A DNA stretch of 64,000 bases from Pavona decussata. Its lineage: Eukaryota. The notes below the pieces were generated by a model. That model made no database searches. It was not told the DNA's origin and worked only from the letters and a program-made list of their open reading frames with translations. A program made the translations under genes and the position numbers. Location: assembly GCA_977016875.1 (NCBI GenBank), contig CDRNST010000123.1, positions 3,720,001 through 3,784,000 of the forward strand, given 5' to 3'. Shown here piece by piece: positions 1 through 11,413 of the stretch (its first letter is position 1; every line of letters starts with the position of its first letter).

Positions 1-39
1 ATCGACTTACCTTACAATGCTACGTTTGTTTTGTTGCAG

Positions 40-309
40 AAATTTGGCAAACAATCCCCTCGAAGAGCTACGGCATCGCGCTTTCTTTATTAAAAACTCC
101 TCCCTTCATACAATGTAAGTGAAAATTACTGAATGTTTAGAGTTGCAAAAAAGGTCCTGTTGTCGGTGTTAGAAAGACAGATAGAATGATAGACAAAGCG
201 AGAGAAAAAAGTCATGGATAGTAGGAGGGTGTGCGAGTGTTGCTTTAAGTTCAGGACGAGAACATCTGGTTTGTTGGAACGTTTTACTGATTAATTTAAA
301 TTAACAATT

Positions 310-358
<49 letters not shown>

Positions 359-3300
359 TAATAATAACAATGATAATATTTAATACTTATATTGCGCTTT
401 TTTCTATAAAAATACTCAAAAGCGCATTACAATATTGTTAATAACTAAGTTAAAAACATATTATAACATATTATCTAGAGACGAGTTGAGTGGGCTTTGT
501 TCGCCGCTTAATTTTAACTGGGGAAAAACATATTAATAACTAAATTAAAAACCAGTAAAATTACCCCATTGTTCAGCCAATCCGTTGCTTCTTCTTTTAT
601 TAGAAGGGCAAGTAATTGCGTTCGACGTAAAAAGAACGCACTCCCCAGTCCTAATACAGATCGGAGTCGAGATTGTATGGGACAGTCGATCGATCGACGA
701 TTAGATCTAGGGACGCGTAGCTGGCATCCCCAGATTTTCGGGGGCTGGGATGTCATCATCACCAACGTGGCAAAGGGCCCTGGGATCTAGACAATCAAAC
801 GCACTCCCTAATCTGTGATTACAAGAGACTATGAGGTAAGAGAGCGAATCTCTGTGCCCCATGATAATTATTTTCAATCTTTTTTTAGTTTGCGCCACGC
901 TATTTTGGCAAATTATAATCCACCATTGAGTTTAAAATTAAATGACGTCATTCTAACTGACCAATAAGATGTAGACATTAAAATAGCAACCCAAACAAAA
1001 ATAGATTGAAAAAAATGTTCATGGGAAGAGGGGCATGTATGGGGGATTCGCTCTCTTACCTCATAGTCTCTTGGTGATTATTACTAGCATACTTGTGTAT
1101 TGTTCAGGATTGTGTGGACACGCCATCCAGGCCCTCAACACTATGTTCGTGCTGTACCTTAATCCATTAATTAATCTTTTATTTCCATTCCAGCTATCTG
1201 ATGAACACTAACCTGGAGAAAATGAATCTTAGAGCATTCGATGGACAACAACATGTCAAGACATACATGTGATTCTTTGATTATGTTATATTTTTGAAGG
1301 TTGTTTTATATCATATAGCGGCATATCATCAGAAAATTTCCTAACTGTTCAACATCAAGTGTACTCTTTCTTTCAATAAAATTCGATTATTCTTGTTGAT
1401 TTTCAAGTGCACCCGACCAAGTGGCGGATGGATTTGCAACAAACAAGAAAGGTCTGTTCATCGCTCTTACTGAGGCAGGGTTCGCTCGCGGGAACCAAAG
1501 TTACAGAGTCCCCTGCCCAACGGGATCGTTTGTCCCTCATCTTAAAAGCTTCAAGTATAACACAGCTTTGAACGCTAAATGTATTCCGTGTCCTCCGGGT
1601 ATGTATTGAGAAGAAAGCCAAGAATATAACTGAAATGAAGCAAAGTGGAATCAATTAAGACTATTTAACAATTAGATTGTGAGCTCGAGATTTCTATCGC
1701 GTGATAGTTGATGAGGGCGCAGCCCGAATCAGCTATCACGCATAGAAATCGAGAGCGAATAATCTAATTGTTTTAGTATAAATCTACTAGTCGGTCAAAA
1801 CTAAACAAGAAATTTGTCTTTTTCCTCATCGCAGACTCTTCGAAAACGCGACGAAGCGGACGCCATTTTTTTAAAAACCGCTACTCACTATCTATCACAG
1901 AATAGATAGCGAGTAGCGTAGCCAATCAGAGAACGGCATTCGTGATAGAACACTAGTAGATTTATACTATCTATGGTTGGATACTTCTTTCCTTCGAGGT
2001 AGCCCAGTAACGGACACAGGAATCCCACTGGCAGTTGAAGCTTACCTCTCTGCGGTTCTTTTTTAGGTGGTTTTTATTCAGACAGCGTGGCCAAAAAAAT
2101 ATGGGAACCTTTGAATAAATGGATATAGACCCTAAAAACCACTCTCACTTCCTTATTATGTCGTCATCACTCTCACATCTTATAAAACTATAATCATTTT
2201 TAACTTACGATGAACAAAAGTAACTCACATATCCTTTTTAGTCAAATATGCACTTTTTTCACTTATTTATTTTTGACTGTACCAGGTACCTTTGTACGTA
2301 ATTTTTTTTCCTGTACATATGTTATAACCCGTTCACTGTAAATATAATTTGTGTTCAGGAAAAATAAGTAATGTTAGCATATAAGTTTTGTAATCATCGT
2401 CAGTAGTGTAAGAATGTTAAGTATTCATACTGTAATTATACTTTTTTTTAGGTTTTTGTGCCATACAAGGCAAATAAATTTGTTCATTATTAAAAAAGAA
2501 AAAGAATACAATTGAAATGAAGAAAAGTGAAGTCAATTAAGACCATCTTTGGTTAGATACTTCTAACCCAGTAACGGACACATGAATCCTACTCGGTTGA
2601 AGCTTACCTCTCTACGGTTCTTTTTAGGTGGTTTTTATTCAGACAGCGTGGCAACTGTCGACGCCAACTGTTCTTTATGCAATAAGGGAACTTATGTTCC
2701 ACCCGAGAGTGCACCTGGGATGGCCGTACTGGATTGTACCGTGTGCCCTACAGGTAAAAAATGATAACCGATTCTCAATCAACAGAAAGGTCTTTTTATT
2801 AAATTTGTTGCACCAAAACTACATTTTCACGATGGCCAGCAGGTCTTAAGGTTACCGTACACCTTTAGAGGTGTCTCGCGTCCAAGCGATGTAGCGCGTC
2901 CGGTTTGAACTGCAGATACCTGAACCCTTATATCGATTTAAAGTTCATACACTGGCTATCAAACTGTACCAAGAATTTTGAAATAAAATGAATTCTCGAA
3001 TTTTTAGCACTGCTTTCTCAAATCAATTTTTTCACTTGGAAGAGACACTTTAAAGAGCTAAAGCTCAAAGGGAATTTGTTCGTTTGCCTTCAAATTTGGA
3101 CAGTAGCTAGTTTAAACATATAAACAATAAAACCGTGTCTGCGAATTAATTCTTTCGAAATATGTTTTCTTCGAGAGCGATTTTTGTACGATTACTCCGC
3201 ATATTTTTTTTTATCCTATTTCGAAAATGTTCTGTAACTTTTCACTGCGATTTGAATATGGCAAAACGCAGACACGTTTGTTAGCGCTTTGGGTCCGGAA

Positions 3301-6300
3301 ACTGAGGAGCAAATTAAATTAGCGAAAAACAAAATTCGCTCTGACTTGTAGCTTTCAAAAGGTGATTCGGACGCTCGCATTTAGTGGTCGTGAAAAATTT
3401 GACAATTCCTTTTATTTCAAAATTCTTGGTATAGTTTGATAGCCAGCTCTATAAGCTTTAATTTGATATAGGGGTTTAGTTATCTACAGTTTAAACTGGA
3501 CGCGCTACATTGCTTGGACGCGAGACACCTCTGAAGGTATACGGTAACCTTAAATGGTCTTAAGTTCCCGTACCCGTCACTCCCACTCACCCCACACCCT
3601 CTCCCCCCCTCCTTGTCAAGAGCCATCGATCCTTGAAAGGATTTGGTATTATAAAAATGTTACGTGATCCATCCTCCCCCCATCTCCCGAGATTTTCCGA
3701 CTTCTCGCCATCTTCCAAATGCTGTTTTCCTCTCCATCACGACTTCTTCCGATCTCTTCGCGTGTCTTACTCGTTCCTTAATTGGACTGATGATTACTAG
3801 CACCCTTTATCAGTGCGTACTGTAAAAGCGGTACTGATCAAACATATGCCTAAATATCCACAAACAAGTCATGAGTATTTTTGTTACTTGATTCGTTACC
3901 CGGTTTTTCCTTGGGCTCCAACTCGGCAATCTGCAACTAGTTTACCATACTTTTTTTTATAGAAATCAGTATATTTTACTGATCATTTTCGTGTATCTAA
4001 CTATACAAATAAAAACATAAATATGGTCTCAACTGTAATTATAACAGCTATCCATTTTAATCTGTTCTGATAGGCACCCGGACGGACCTTTATTCTGGAT
4101 ACAGAGCCTGCAAATGTATCAAGGGGTTCCATCGTAAGACGCGCTTTGGCCCCTGCGAAAGCTGTCCATCAGAGGGTCTTGATTGTGTCAACGAGTCCGT
4201 TTCGCTAAAGAAGGGTTATTACTGGCAGTGGGAGTCAGAACAAAATAGACTTGCTTATAAAGCCTTCGCAAAAAACTTGAAGATAGAAAACGATTCTTAC
4301 TGGAGAAATACGTCATCTTACAATGGGACACTTCCCAAGCCTTACCTGTGCCCGCAGGCAAAGTCATGTGAGGGGGGTCTGGAATCTAAATGCGCCACTG
4401 GGTACTCAGGCCCCCTCTGTGAGGTGTGCGAGAGCACATATTATAAACGGGTTCTTTCCTGCAAACCCTGTCCGTCTGGTATATGGGTTATCGTGCAACT
4501 TTGTCTTCTAGGCGTGGCTGTTCTCGTCCTAATAGTCATTCTGGTATGGAGTGGCAGAAGGAAGAAGACCAAAGAAAAGCGTCCGATGATCGACATCCTC
4601 TTAGCCAGGCTGAAGATCGTCATCGGCTTCTATCAGGTGACATCCGGGATTATCGAAGCTTTCGTCTACGTCAAATGGCCATCGTCCTTATCTGTGATTG
4701 GCGATTACGCCGAAATAATCCAGCTCAACATCCTGTCTTTCGTTCCGCTCCACTGCCTCTTTCCGTCATGGAAACAGGATGCATTTAGCAAGATGTACCT
4801 CATGCTGGGCAGTAATGCTTCCGTGGTTATACTAGCTCTTCTGAGCTACTGGATCAGAAAGCTTTTCCTGTTGAGGAAACTAAACGCGAATTCCTCGGAA
4901 ATGAGTATCAAGTTATCCACAACAAAGGAGTTCCTCTACCGCAACGTGTCTTTGTTTCTCTTCATAACTTACCCGAGCACATGTTCCGCGATTTTAAGGA
5001 TTCTGCCTCTCGCGTGCCACGAACTGTGCTCGGAGAGTTCCTGCACACCATACCTCAAGGCTGACTATAGCGTCAAGTGCTCAGGTGACAAGTATGATCG
5101 TGTGAAGCTCTTCGCCTTTGGGGCATCCTCGTACGTCGTCGTGCTTCCAGCACTCGTGTTTGTGGCTTTATGGAATCACAGAAGACAGCAAATGTTACGC
5201 ACGAAGCCTGGTGGTGAAGACCCAGAGGGTGCTAACACCGTTAGCCCTGTATTTGGCGATTATAATGATACTGAAACCACTGAAGAAAACACCGAAAACA
5301 TCAGAAATGAGGACGACGATAATACAGACGATGGTAAAGTTATTTAATAGTTTAAATCTGGATGCACGAGGACGTTTTTCTTGACTTCTGCATTTCACAA
5401 ACTTTACATTCTTGTGTATGCAACAAAATTTGCCAAGTGTTTTTTGAACGGAGTATCGGTTTTCTCACTTCTGTCTAAACGGGTGATCTTGTTTGGAAAT
5501 TATTCGAGTTTAACATAAAAGAATGTTAAAATTGGCAGAATTGAGGTTACTTTCTAAACCAGTCTGGCAACATGACAACCAGCATTAAATTACCTCGAGG
5601 CAAAATCACTTATAAAGGATCCAATAGAAAAAAACACGACTACAGTGCCAACTTACAAAGAGTTATATCAACGATAAATAGAGTACGAAAATAACCACGT
5701 AGGGCTAGGTCAAGTAACCTCCTCCTCTCTTCGGGGAATACCAATTTCAAAATAAGGCTTAACGCAGGAAAGATTGCCTCCAGCCTCGTACCAGCCAGGC
5801 CTTAACGCGCTTAGCGAACTAACCACAAAAAATTTTAAGACATTGGGTACTAACGGCACCTCTTTCTCAACAAGTGACGCGACATTGAGAACCAAACTGG
5901 ATGTCTCAGATTGTGACGCTGAACAAAAAAGCGGCTTGAAAGATTTTCAAAGACATAGCAAAATGCCATCCAACTGACGAGCCCTATTTACCACTCTTTG
6001 CGGTACAGTTAAAAAGAGAAGGTGCCCTGTCAACAAGCTCACGAAAAAATCATGGCATCCGATGTAAAAAAAAATTCATAGGCTACTTTGCCATGGTTAT
6101 TCTCTAAATAATGCCCATTTTCGTGATTCACAGAGCAGTCTTCCGGTGAATCAGAGCTCATAGCTGGGATGAGCTTCATTTACGAGAACTACAACGATGA
6201 CGCATGGTACTGGGAACTAGTGGAAGTGGTAAGGAAGCTCGTGTTGACTTGTGGGATTATTCTGATTGGCCGTGAGAGTAGAGCGTACGTTGGCCTGGCC

Positions 6301-7351
6301 TCCATCTGTTCTGGACTGTTCGCTATTGCTTATGCCTTCCGTAAACCAATCAGGGATGAATTTGAAGACAAACTGCAGCTTACCTCTCTTCTTGTAATAT
6401 TCTTAAACCTTGGCATTGGAGTGATACTGAAGATCCCTAAAGAATCAGTTCCATCAGATGTGGACCAATATGTAGACTCACTGCTGGTTAATATTCTTGT
6501 CGTTGGGGCAAATGTTTTGGTTATTTTACTTGTTGTCGGTAAGTTAATAAATATTGTTTGTGTCACTTTCTTACTGGCCTCCCTNNNNNNNNNNNNNNNN
6601 NNNNNNNNNNNNNNNNNNNNNNNNNNNNNNNNNNNNNNNNNNNNNNNNNNNNNNNNNNNNNNNNNNNNNNNNNNNNNNNNNNNNNNNNNNNNNNNNNNNN
6701 NNNNNNNNNNNNNNNNNNNNNNNNNNNNNNNNNNNNNNNNNNNNNNNNNNNNNNNNNNNNNNCTCCCTTCCTTCCTTCTTTCATTCTTCTCTCCCTTCCT
6801 CCCTCCCTCCCTCTCTCCTACTTCCTTCCGTCCTTCCTACCTTCCTTCCCCCCCTCCCTCTCTCCCTCGTTTCCTTCCTTTCTTCCATTCTTCCTATCTT
6901 TGTTTGACCAATTATTTCGCTCTCATCACCAGGTCGTTACCTTGCCGTCCTGATTCACAATTTTGTGCTGTGGCGAAGGAATCCCCAGTGCTCCGCGGCC
7001 TGCTGTATCACCATGTTTCTGTCCTTGAGCGAACTAAGCAGCGGCGTGAATTCAGTGGCAGGGGGCATGCGCAAAACTAATCTCCGAGCGAATCTGGGAC
7101 TCGGAGGTGTGGACATGCCTTCCATGCGCTCAGCAGTAAATGATAATGTTGGCTTCGAAATAGAAGAAACCAGCGACACGGCGACAACAGGTAAAATAGA
7201 CAGAGGGAAGGATGAAAAGGCCGAAGGTTTTGTGACGACAAATGAAAGCAACAACGAGGTGGAAATGAAGAGCAGGGAAGATGTAATTCTAAATGGACGC
7301 CGATTCAGTAGTCGATTTCCGTCAAGCCAATCAAAAGTATTGGATTCTTAG
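40..7351 (+). CDS. LRR + Cys-rich repeat multipass (~9 TM) membrane protein, 5'-incomplete, multi-exon
   Basis: GT-AG exons with consistent phase: 40-114 (NLANNPLEELRHRAF, LRR), 1194-1268 (YLMNTNLEKMNLRAFDG, LRR), 1408-1598 (CPTGSF..CIPCPPG), 2628-2753 (GFYSD..CSLCNKGTY..CTVCPTG), 4074-5333, 6134-6538, 6933-7351 (stop TAG). Nine hydrophobic segments; motifs LKIVIGFYQV, YLKADYSVKC, FIYENY..WYWELVEVVRKL. Confidence 0.85.
311..376. repeat. (AAT)n microsatellite
   Basis: Direct run of aat triplets within an intron. Confidence 0.95.
822..1073. mobile_element. Non-autonomous TIR element (MITE), P-element-like
   Basis: TIRs CAAGAGACTATGAGGTAAGAGAGCGAATC / GATTCGCTCTCTTACCTCATAGTCTCTTG; 7-bp flanking duplication GTGATTA (815-821, 1074-1080). 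CAA..TTG termini with a 7-8 bp TSD fit the P superfamily (inference). Confidence 0.8.
1660..1969. mobile_element. Hairpin plus second inverted repeat insertion (Crypton-like non-autonomous element?)
   Basis: Hairpin ~1666-1773 (AACAATTAGATT..AATCTAATTGTT), then IR TAGTATAAATCTACTAGT..ACTAGTAGATTTATACTA. It is absent from the duplicate intron copy at 2490-2652, which indicates an insertion. Confidence 0.7.
2850..3549. mobile_element. Non-autonomous TIR element with TTAA target (Kolobok-like)
   Basis: TTAA|GGTTACCGTACACC...GGTATACGGTAACC|TTAA; ~65-bp TIRs; RR termini. Confidence 0.8.
6585..6762. other. Assembly gap next to a CT-rich low-complexity tract (6763-6895)
   Basis: Run of N inside an intron. 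Confidence 0.99.
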
Positions 7352-7944
7352 GCTGAACACACTGAAGGCTTTTTTTTTTTTTCGCAGAAATTGACGGTAT
7401 ATCCTCTCATTATTCGGTAGGAAATTCTATGCATTATAATGAAAGACGCACCAAGTTCAATCAAACAATGCGATAGTGTATTACAGTGGTCTAAGCCTCT
7501 CTTGTCTGCGCCGACTGGACTGAATTTTTAAAAAGGTAGCCGATGAAACGGCTTGAGCACTATTCGTGAAACGAATGACGGGAAAGAGAGAAGAAAGGAG
7601 AAACGAGAGACAGAGAAGAGGGAAAAAAGACTACTCAACATCTTATTTCTATATTATAGCAACTTTGGACAGCGCGTGTCTTGAGTGCAAACTTTTGAGA
7701 ACAGAGAACCTTCGGAAACTAGTCAACTGAAGCTTTCCGATTTTTCTGTAATTGTGTCTCGATTGCAGCACTGAGCTATTTTCCTTCAGTTGGAAGTCCT
7801 AAGGCCCGGAAGTAACGATAAAACTTGATGTTGCTAATCTAAATTTTCGATACAAAGTCATCGGGAAACAATCAACAAACTGAACAGCAGCAAATCGGGC
7901 AGCGACTGATCTGTCCAAATTTAATTGGCAAAAAATCTTAAATA

Positions 7945-8654
7945 CAGTCAAAGCTCCACTTACGGTCGCCCTCTTAGGCGACCAGCTTTAGTTACGACCG
8001 ACACTATGAAACCCTGTTTTAACCTTCACCCCTCTCCCCACCCCCCCCCCCCCCCACTCTTAATTAAAAGCTCCCGTAAGCGACTGCGACCACGTTTGGA
8101 AATTACCAAGAAGTTTTTTGCTTTGTTCGTAAGCTCTTTCAAGCGACCACTCAAAGAATTTGGACACTTTAATGAAAGATGACACTTCTCGATCTCAACC
8201 AATAATCTCAGTATTAAGAACTATTCATGAAGTCCTAGAGTCATAATGTTGACATGTTAAACCTCGCGATCGACGTTTAATTTGATATGTACTTCAGTTA
8301 TATACGATTAACTGATATACAGCAGTTGGACACGTTATTACTCTACGGTAACGCATATCCGATGCACATTCTATGATAGCTGTTCAGTGTGCAGTACTAC
8401 ACATACATAAGACGTCGCAATAATCTGCCGGAATAAACGTTTCGAAGGTTTTAATCTCAGTAAATGCATGACGTTTACTTTCGCCCGCCGTGCCTGAAGA
8501 AAAAAAAAGATTCCCCGTAAGCGACCAGCCTCTATTATTTCAGTGAGTTGGTCGTTGATGAGAGCTTATTCTTTTTTAAGAGAATATTGCGACCAGCTCT
8601 GGTTACGACCACTTTTTTCAAATTCGAGGTGGTCGCTTACGAGAGCTTACACTG
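7945..8654. mobile_element. Tc1/mariner-pogo-like MITE
   Basis: TA|CAGTCAAAGCTC...GAGCTTACACTG|TA; internal repeated (TAA)GCGACC motifs. Confidence 0.65.
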
Positions 8655-9896
8655 TATCTTTAAGTAAAATATAAATTACTGTTGTAGTCCCCACTCCCGA
8701 GAAACAATGAGAAGACGTACGGCAGGTACGAGTAAGGGATATGACTGGGGGATCGTCTGGGCAGACGGATGGACATGGCGCCGACTAATAAGTGCAATTT
8801 TCGGCGCAATTGCGCGGAAAATTGGCCGCCGAGTTAAGGGTCTATGATCCCATAATCCCTCACTTGCTCCATTCTCCCCGTAGTTTTTGGAGTGGGGAAT
8901 GACAGCCGTTTCCCTAGAGATCTAGATAAAAGTCCACTTAATGATCATGTGACCTTAACTAAATTCAAATGAATCCCGCCCGGGATACAATTCAGCAATT
9001 GTTGACCCGCGGGATATTGAGTAGCGTACATGTTTCTGCAGATTTTTTTTTTTTTTTTTCAGGAGTAAACAGTTACGCATAACTTTTATAGCCAATAGAA
9101 TGATAAATTTGTTGTTTAAAGTTTTAACTCTTCGTTTAGTTTCGTTGTGCATTCTGCATCACGATCACTATGGATGAGAAATAAAGTTGTTAAAGTTGCC
9201 GTTGCTTGTTGTTGCTTTTTTTGTGTTTGCGAAATCACATAAGGTCGACTGAATGTGCCGTATTAATTACAAAAAAAAAAAAAAAAGAAGAGTTTCAAGT
9301 AATTAGCTTGGACATGTAAGCTTTGTTCAGCTTCTACAATTAATGCGCATTCCACAGTTTGCTGTTCAAAACTGATCCACTGACACCTTAGGCTGGTGCT
9401 TGACCTGGTAGTGCCTTGTAGCCTGTTATGATCAGGTGCAGATATCCTGACCGGTTTCCATCATTAAATAAAACGGTGAGATTTTATAATAAATAGATAT
9501 TTTCAGAATAAAAGAAAATTATCAGGTTTAAGTGTGGAAAATGCCTGTCTGAGTGACTTGAGAATCCAGGAAATGGCATGGCACCTTCAGGAAATTTCCA
9601 CGGAGGCATGTCCCCGGACCCATCAAGAACATCGGGACTTCTACTCGGCGCTCGTATCAGATCGAAAAATGGTCACATTTTTTCCTGTAACCGCCCTTGA
9701 GGATCAAGAAATTCTGCGGCGATGTATTTTCTAAATAAGTGAATAGAAAAAGTCAGATGAGAGTGTTTTGCATGCCGACACAATGCTTCATGCATCCTCG
9801 TTCCCATGGTCCCTCTTCTTCTCGTCCAAAAGCCTACCGCAAACTTGAGGGAAGAGCCGGAGCAAAATGCCTTGCGAGGAATCGCGGGGCTACGCG

Positions 9897-10076
9897 AGGT
9901 AATCAGCTCAGCTGTTTCCTAAAGTGTGCGGTTGTGTTTTCAGTCATGAGAATTTCGCCTCGTGAGGCGAAACCTCAAATATCAAACACGACAGATATTT
10001 TCCTCACGGACTCGCGAAGCGAAAAACTCACGAAAACTCAACCGCGCACGTGATGAAACAGCTGAGCTGATTGCCT
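9897..10076. repeat. Imperfect palindromic repeat / MITE
   Basis: AATCAGCTCAGCTGTTTC...GAAACAGCTGAGCTGATT arms; a partial third copy at ~10097-10123. Confidence 0.6.
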
Positions 10077-10628
10077 TGCTTGGCCTTGGAGGCAGTTTGC
10101 TCAGCTCTTTCCTCAAGTGTGCGGCAGGCGGCTTTAAGAGGAGAGACCCTGAGAACGAGATTAGGCTTTATGGAAACAAGCCACTCAACAACTTGTCGAA
10201 AATCAGCGAAAATTTGAAGCCTGGGAGAGCAGACGCCATTTCCGGCCCTTCTTTCACCCCCCACGGAAAAGGCATCTGCTCTGGCAGGTTACGAAAACTG
10301 GGACGTAATTTAATTTTTCTAACTTCGACGAAAAAATGCGCTTAATTTTTAAACAGCACTCCCTGTCGCCAGGCAAGCCGTGTCTCCCCGATGCAACCTC
10401 TTTCGGAAGGTGCTCTATTCTCTTCCTCTCTTATTTACGAGGTAACGAAGTTGATGCCGATGGACTTGACTGATCAGGAAATCGGGACAAAGTCCGCAAA
10501 TTTGGCCAAATTTAGTCGTTTTGCATGAAGCTGATTGGTTATCGCTTGATTGGCTCTGGGAACCTACAAAGGTACACCCGTCAGGGGTTAAAAGAAGCTA
10601 TCCACGTAAGACTTGTACGTATACTGAC

Positions 10629-10751
10629 TGGTTGAACGTTATCCAGTGGATAAATCTCTATCCAGCGGATAAAATGTACTCCAACTAATACATTTTATCC
10701 GCTGCATAGGTTCTTATCCGCTGGATAAAGTTATCCGCCACTCTTTGAACT
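10629..10751. repeat. TTATCC(A/G)(G/C)TGGATA-type MITE-like repeat
   Basis: Several short palindromic TATCCAGTGGATA / TATCCGCTGGATA units. Confidence 0.6.
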
Positions 10752-11204
10752 ACGGGGTGTCGGGGTGCTCGTTCAGAAATATATACGGTGAATATTTATT
10801 AGAGATATGTGGAATATTTCATACTCAATTCAAGAAGCATTTATGACGGTATTTTTTCAACATCCCAAACAACTCTCACATTTTTTGCTACAAAAGAAAA
10901 TAATAGTTTTTTTTTTTTTTTTTTGGTGTTGATGATTTACAATTGTTGGCGGTGTGGAGATTTTTCAAGTATCATGAAGCACAGATTTTACGCAATTTTA
11001 TTTCGTAATCGTCCATTGACTCCGGGGATCGTCATAAACAAAACAAATAGTACTGTATTGTCATATTTGAATATTTGAGGCATTTTAGAATTTCAAAATA
11101 GTTCGGAAATATCCTATCAGAAAGTGGCATGACCTGCTAAGCGAATCACTGTGCTTCGTGTTTTTCCTTTGCCCTCTGGACCTTACACACGCTTCATGCT
11201 TTTT

Positions 11205-11232
11205 TCACGTGCACGTGAGTGTTGACCAATCA
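11205..11232 (+). promoter_or_regulatory. PSAT1 proximal promoter: tandem E-boxes plus CCAAT box
   Basis: TCACGTGCACGTGA (two abutting CACGTG, 11206-11217) and CCAATCA at 11226, about 200 bp upstream of the ATG. Confidence 0.5.
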
Positions 11233-11413
11233 GCGACGGTCATGCCGCCCAGACGTGACAGCTGTGAAGACGAGGCTGTAGTTGTAATTTCACGGACTGT
11301 ACTCATAAAGTAGGTCTGAAATTTTTGAATCGTTCTTTCCAGTTTACGAGGTCACTGCGCAATTTACCCTCCCTTATAAGTCGCTAATTAAAAGCCAAGA
11401 AATCTATTCCACC

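Noticed and set aside
6554-6953. ORFs spanning X runs with Pro/Ser/Phe-rich text
   Set aside because: They are read through an N gap and a CT-rich intronic tract.
9534-10345. Group of 66-127-aa ORFs between the receptor gene and PSAT1
   Set aside because: They overlap palindromic repeats, mostly start at non-ATG codons and show no recognisable domain.
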